Shown in pieces: positions 63,728 through 64,000 of a stretch of DNA of 64,000 nucleotides. The first letter of the stretch is position 1, and the number at the start of each line of letters is the position of its first letter. The translations under genes and the position numbers were made by a program. The notes beneath the pieces are model-generated. The model was not told the origin of the DNA and made no database searches. It saw only the letters and a list, made by a program, of their open reading frames with translations. The DNA comes from Candidatus Woesebacteria bacterium RIFCSPHIGHO2_02_FULL_42_20 (GTDB lineage Bacteria; Patescibacteriota; Microgenomatia; UBA8517). Location: the NCBI GenBank assembly GCA_001792535.1, contig MGGS01000002.1, positions 7,155-71,154 on the forward strand, written 5' to 3'.

Positions 63728-64000
63728 GCCCCGCCTTGCTGGCGAGACTAGACTCGACACACCCGGTGTCGAAAGAAAACTTCCCCTTGCGGGGGGAGTC
63801 CACTCGTTTCCGAGTGGACTCCCAATAAGTCCGGCCCCCAAGGCCGCATAAAGCGCCTCAAGGGCATTAGGGAGAAAGTTTACGGAAGGTTTCTCGCGGT
63901 GTATAACGTCGCGAGAAGGAGGAGATCAGCAAGAGCGAATATGAGGAGAAATAGTCTTCCTGACCACGATCTCCAAATTGCTGACCCGTCCGTTAGGAGC
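63728..64000 (-). ncRNA. Unidentified highly structured non-coding element, probably truncated by the window end
   Basis: At least 8 stems; GAAA and GCAA tetraloops and G-U pairs form on the minus strand; GC-rich, and the ORF track lists no ORF here. Confidence 0.55.

Noticed and set aside
63794-63945. RNase P RNA reading of the terminal element (plus-strand AAGTCCGG, GAAAGT..ACGGA, AAGAGCG in roughly the right order)
   Set aside because: The universally conserved GAGGAAAGUCC is not intact, and tetraloops and G-U pairs favour the other strand. An Infernal search is still needed to exclude a very divergent rnpB.
63743-63958. Group I intron P7-like pairing GAGACTA/TAGTCT
   Set aside because: No recognisable P4-P6 core in the correct order and no interrupted host gene is visible.

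Overview
Gene-dense, mostly housekeeping region of a small-genome bacterium. Gene content and truncated protein architectures point to a Patescibacteria/CPR organism, probably Microgenomates; this is an inference. The genetic code is standard, since TGA ends several core genes. Core genes include rpsT, murJ, CIRCE-hrcA-grpE-dnaK-dnaJ, secA, rarA, serS, class I lysS, greA, nusA-infB, rpsO-pnp, udg-rnj, ftsK, alaS, sortase-ruvX-mltG and rpoB-rpoC-rpsL-rpsG. They are interrupted by five type II toxin-antitoxin modules, orphan genes and pseudogenes. No tRNA, rRNA, CRISPR array, integrase or transposase was found. Main observations: (1) an unidentified, highly structured non-coding element of at least 270 nt at the window end, where fusA would be expected; (2) a TANNNT-like -10 box 5-9 nt upstream of about 19 start codons, implying pervasive leaderless mRNAs, whereas greA, nusA and rpoB have structured attenuator-like leaders; (3) three classes of tiny repeat elements inserted in frame in conserved proteins: CAC-phased heptamer arrays, an 18-bp palindrome and a REP-like hairpin; (4) a candidate envelope system made of an actin-like/baseplate-J-like membrane protein beside sortase and MltG, plus a PilN/PilO operon with Thr/Pro-rich anchored proteins facing a protein O-mannosyltransferase; (5) several apparently catalytically degenerate or truncated enzymes: a protease-less Lon, a DHH protein and a VirD4-like ATPase.
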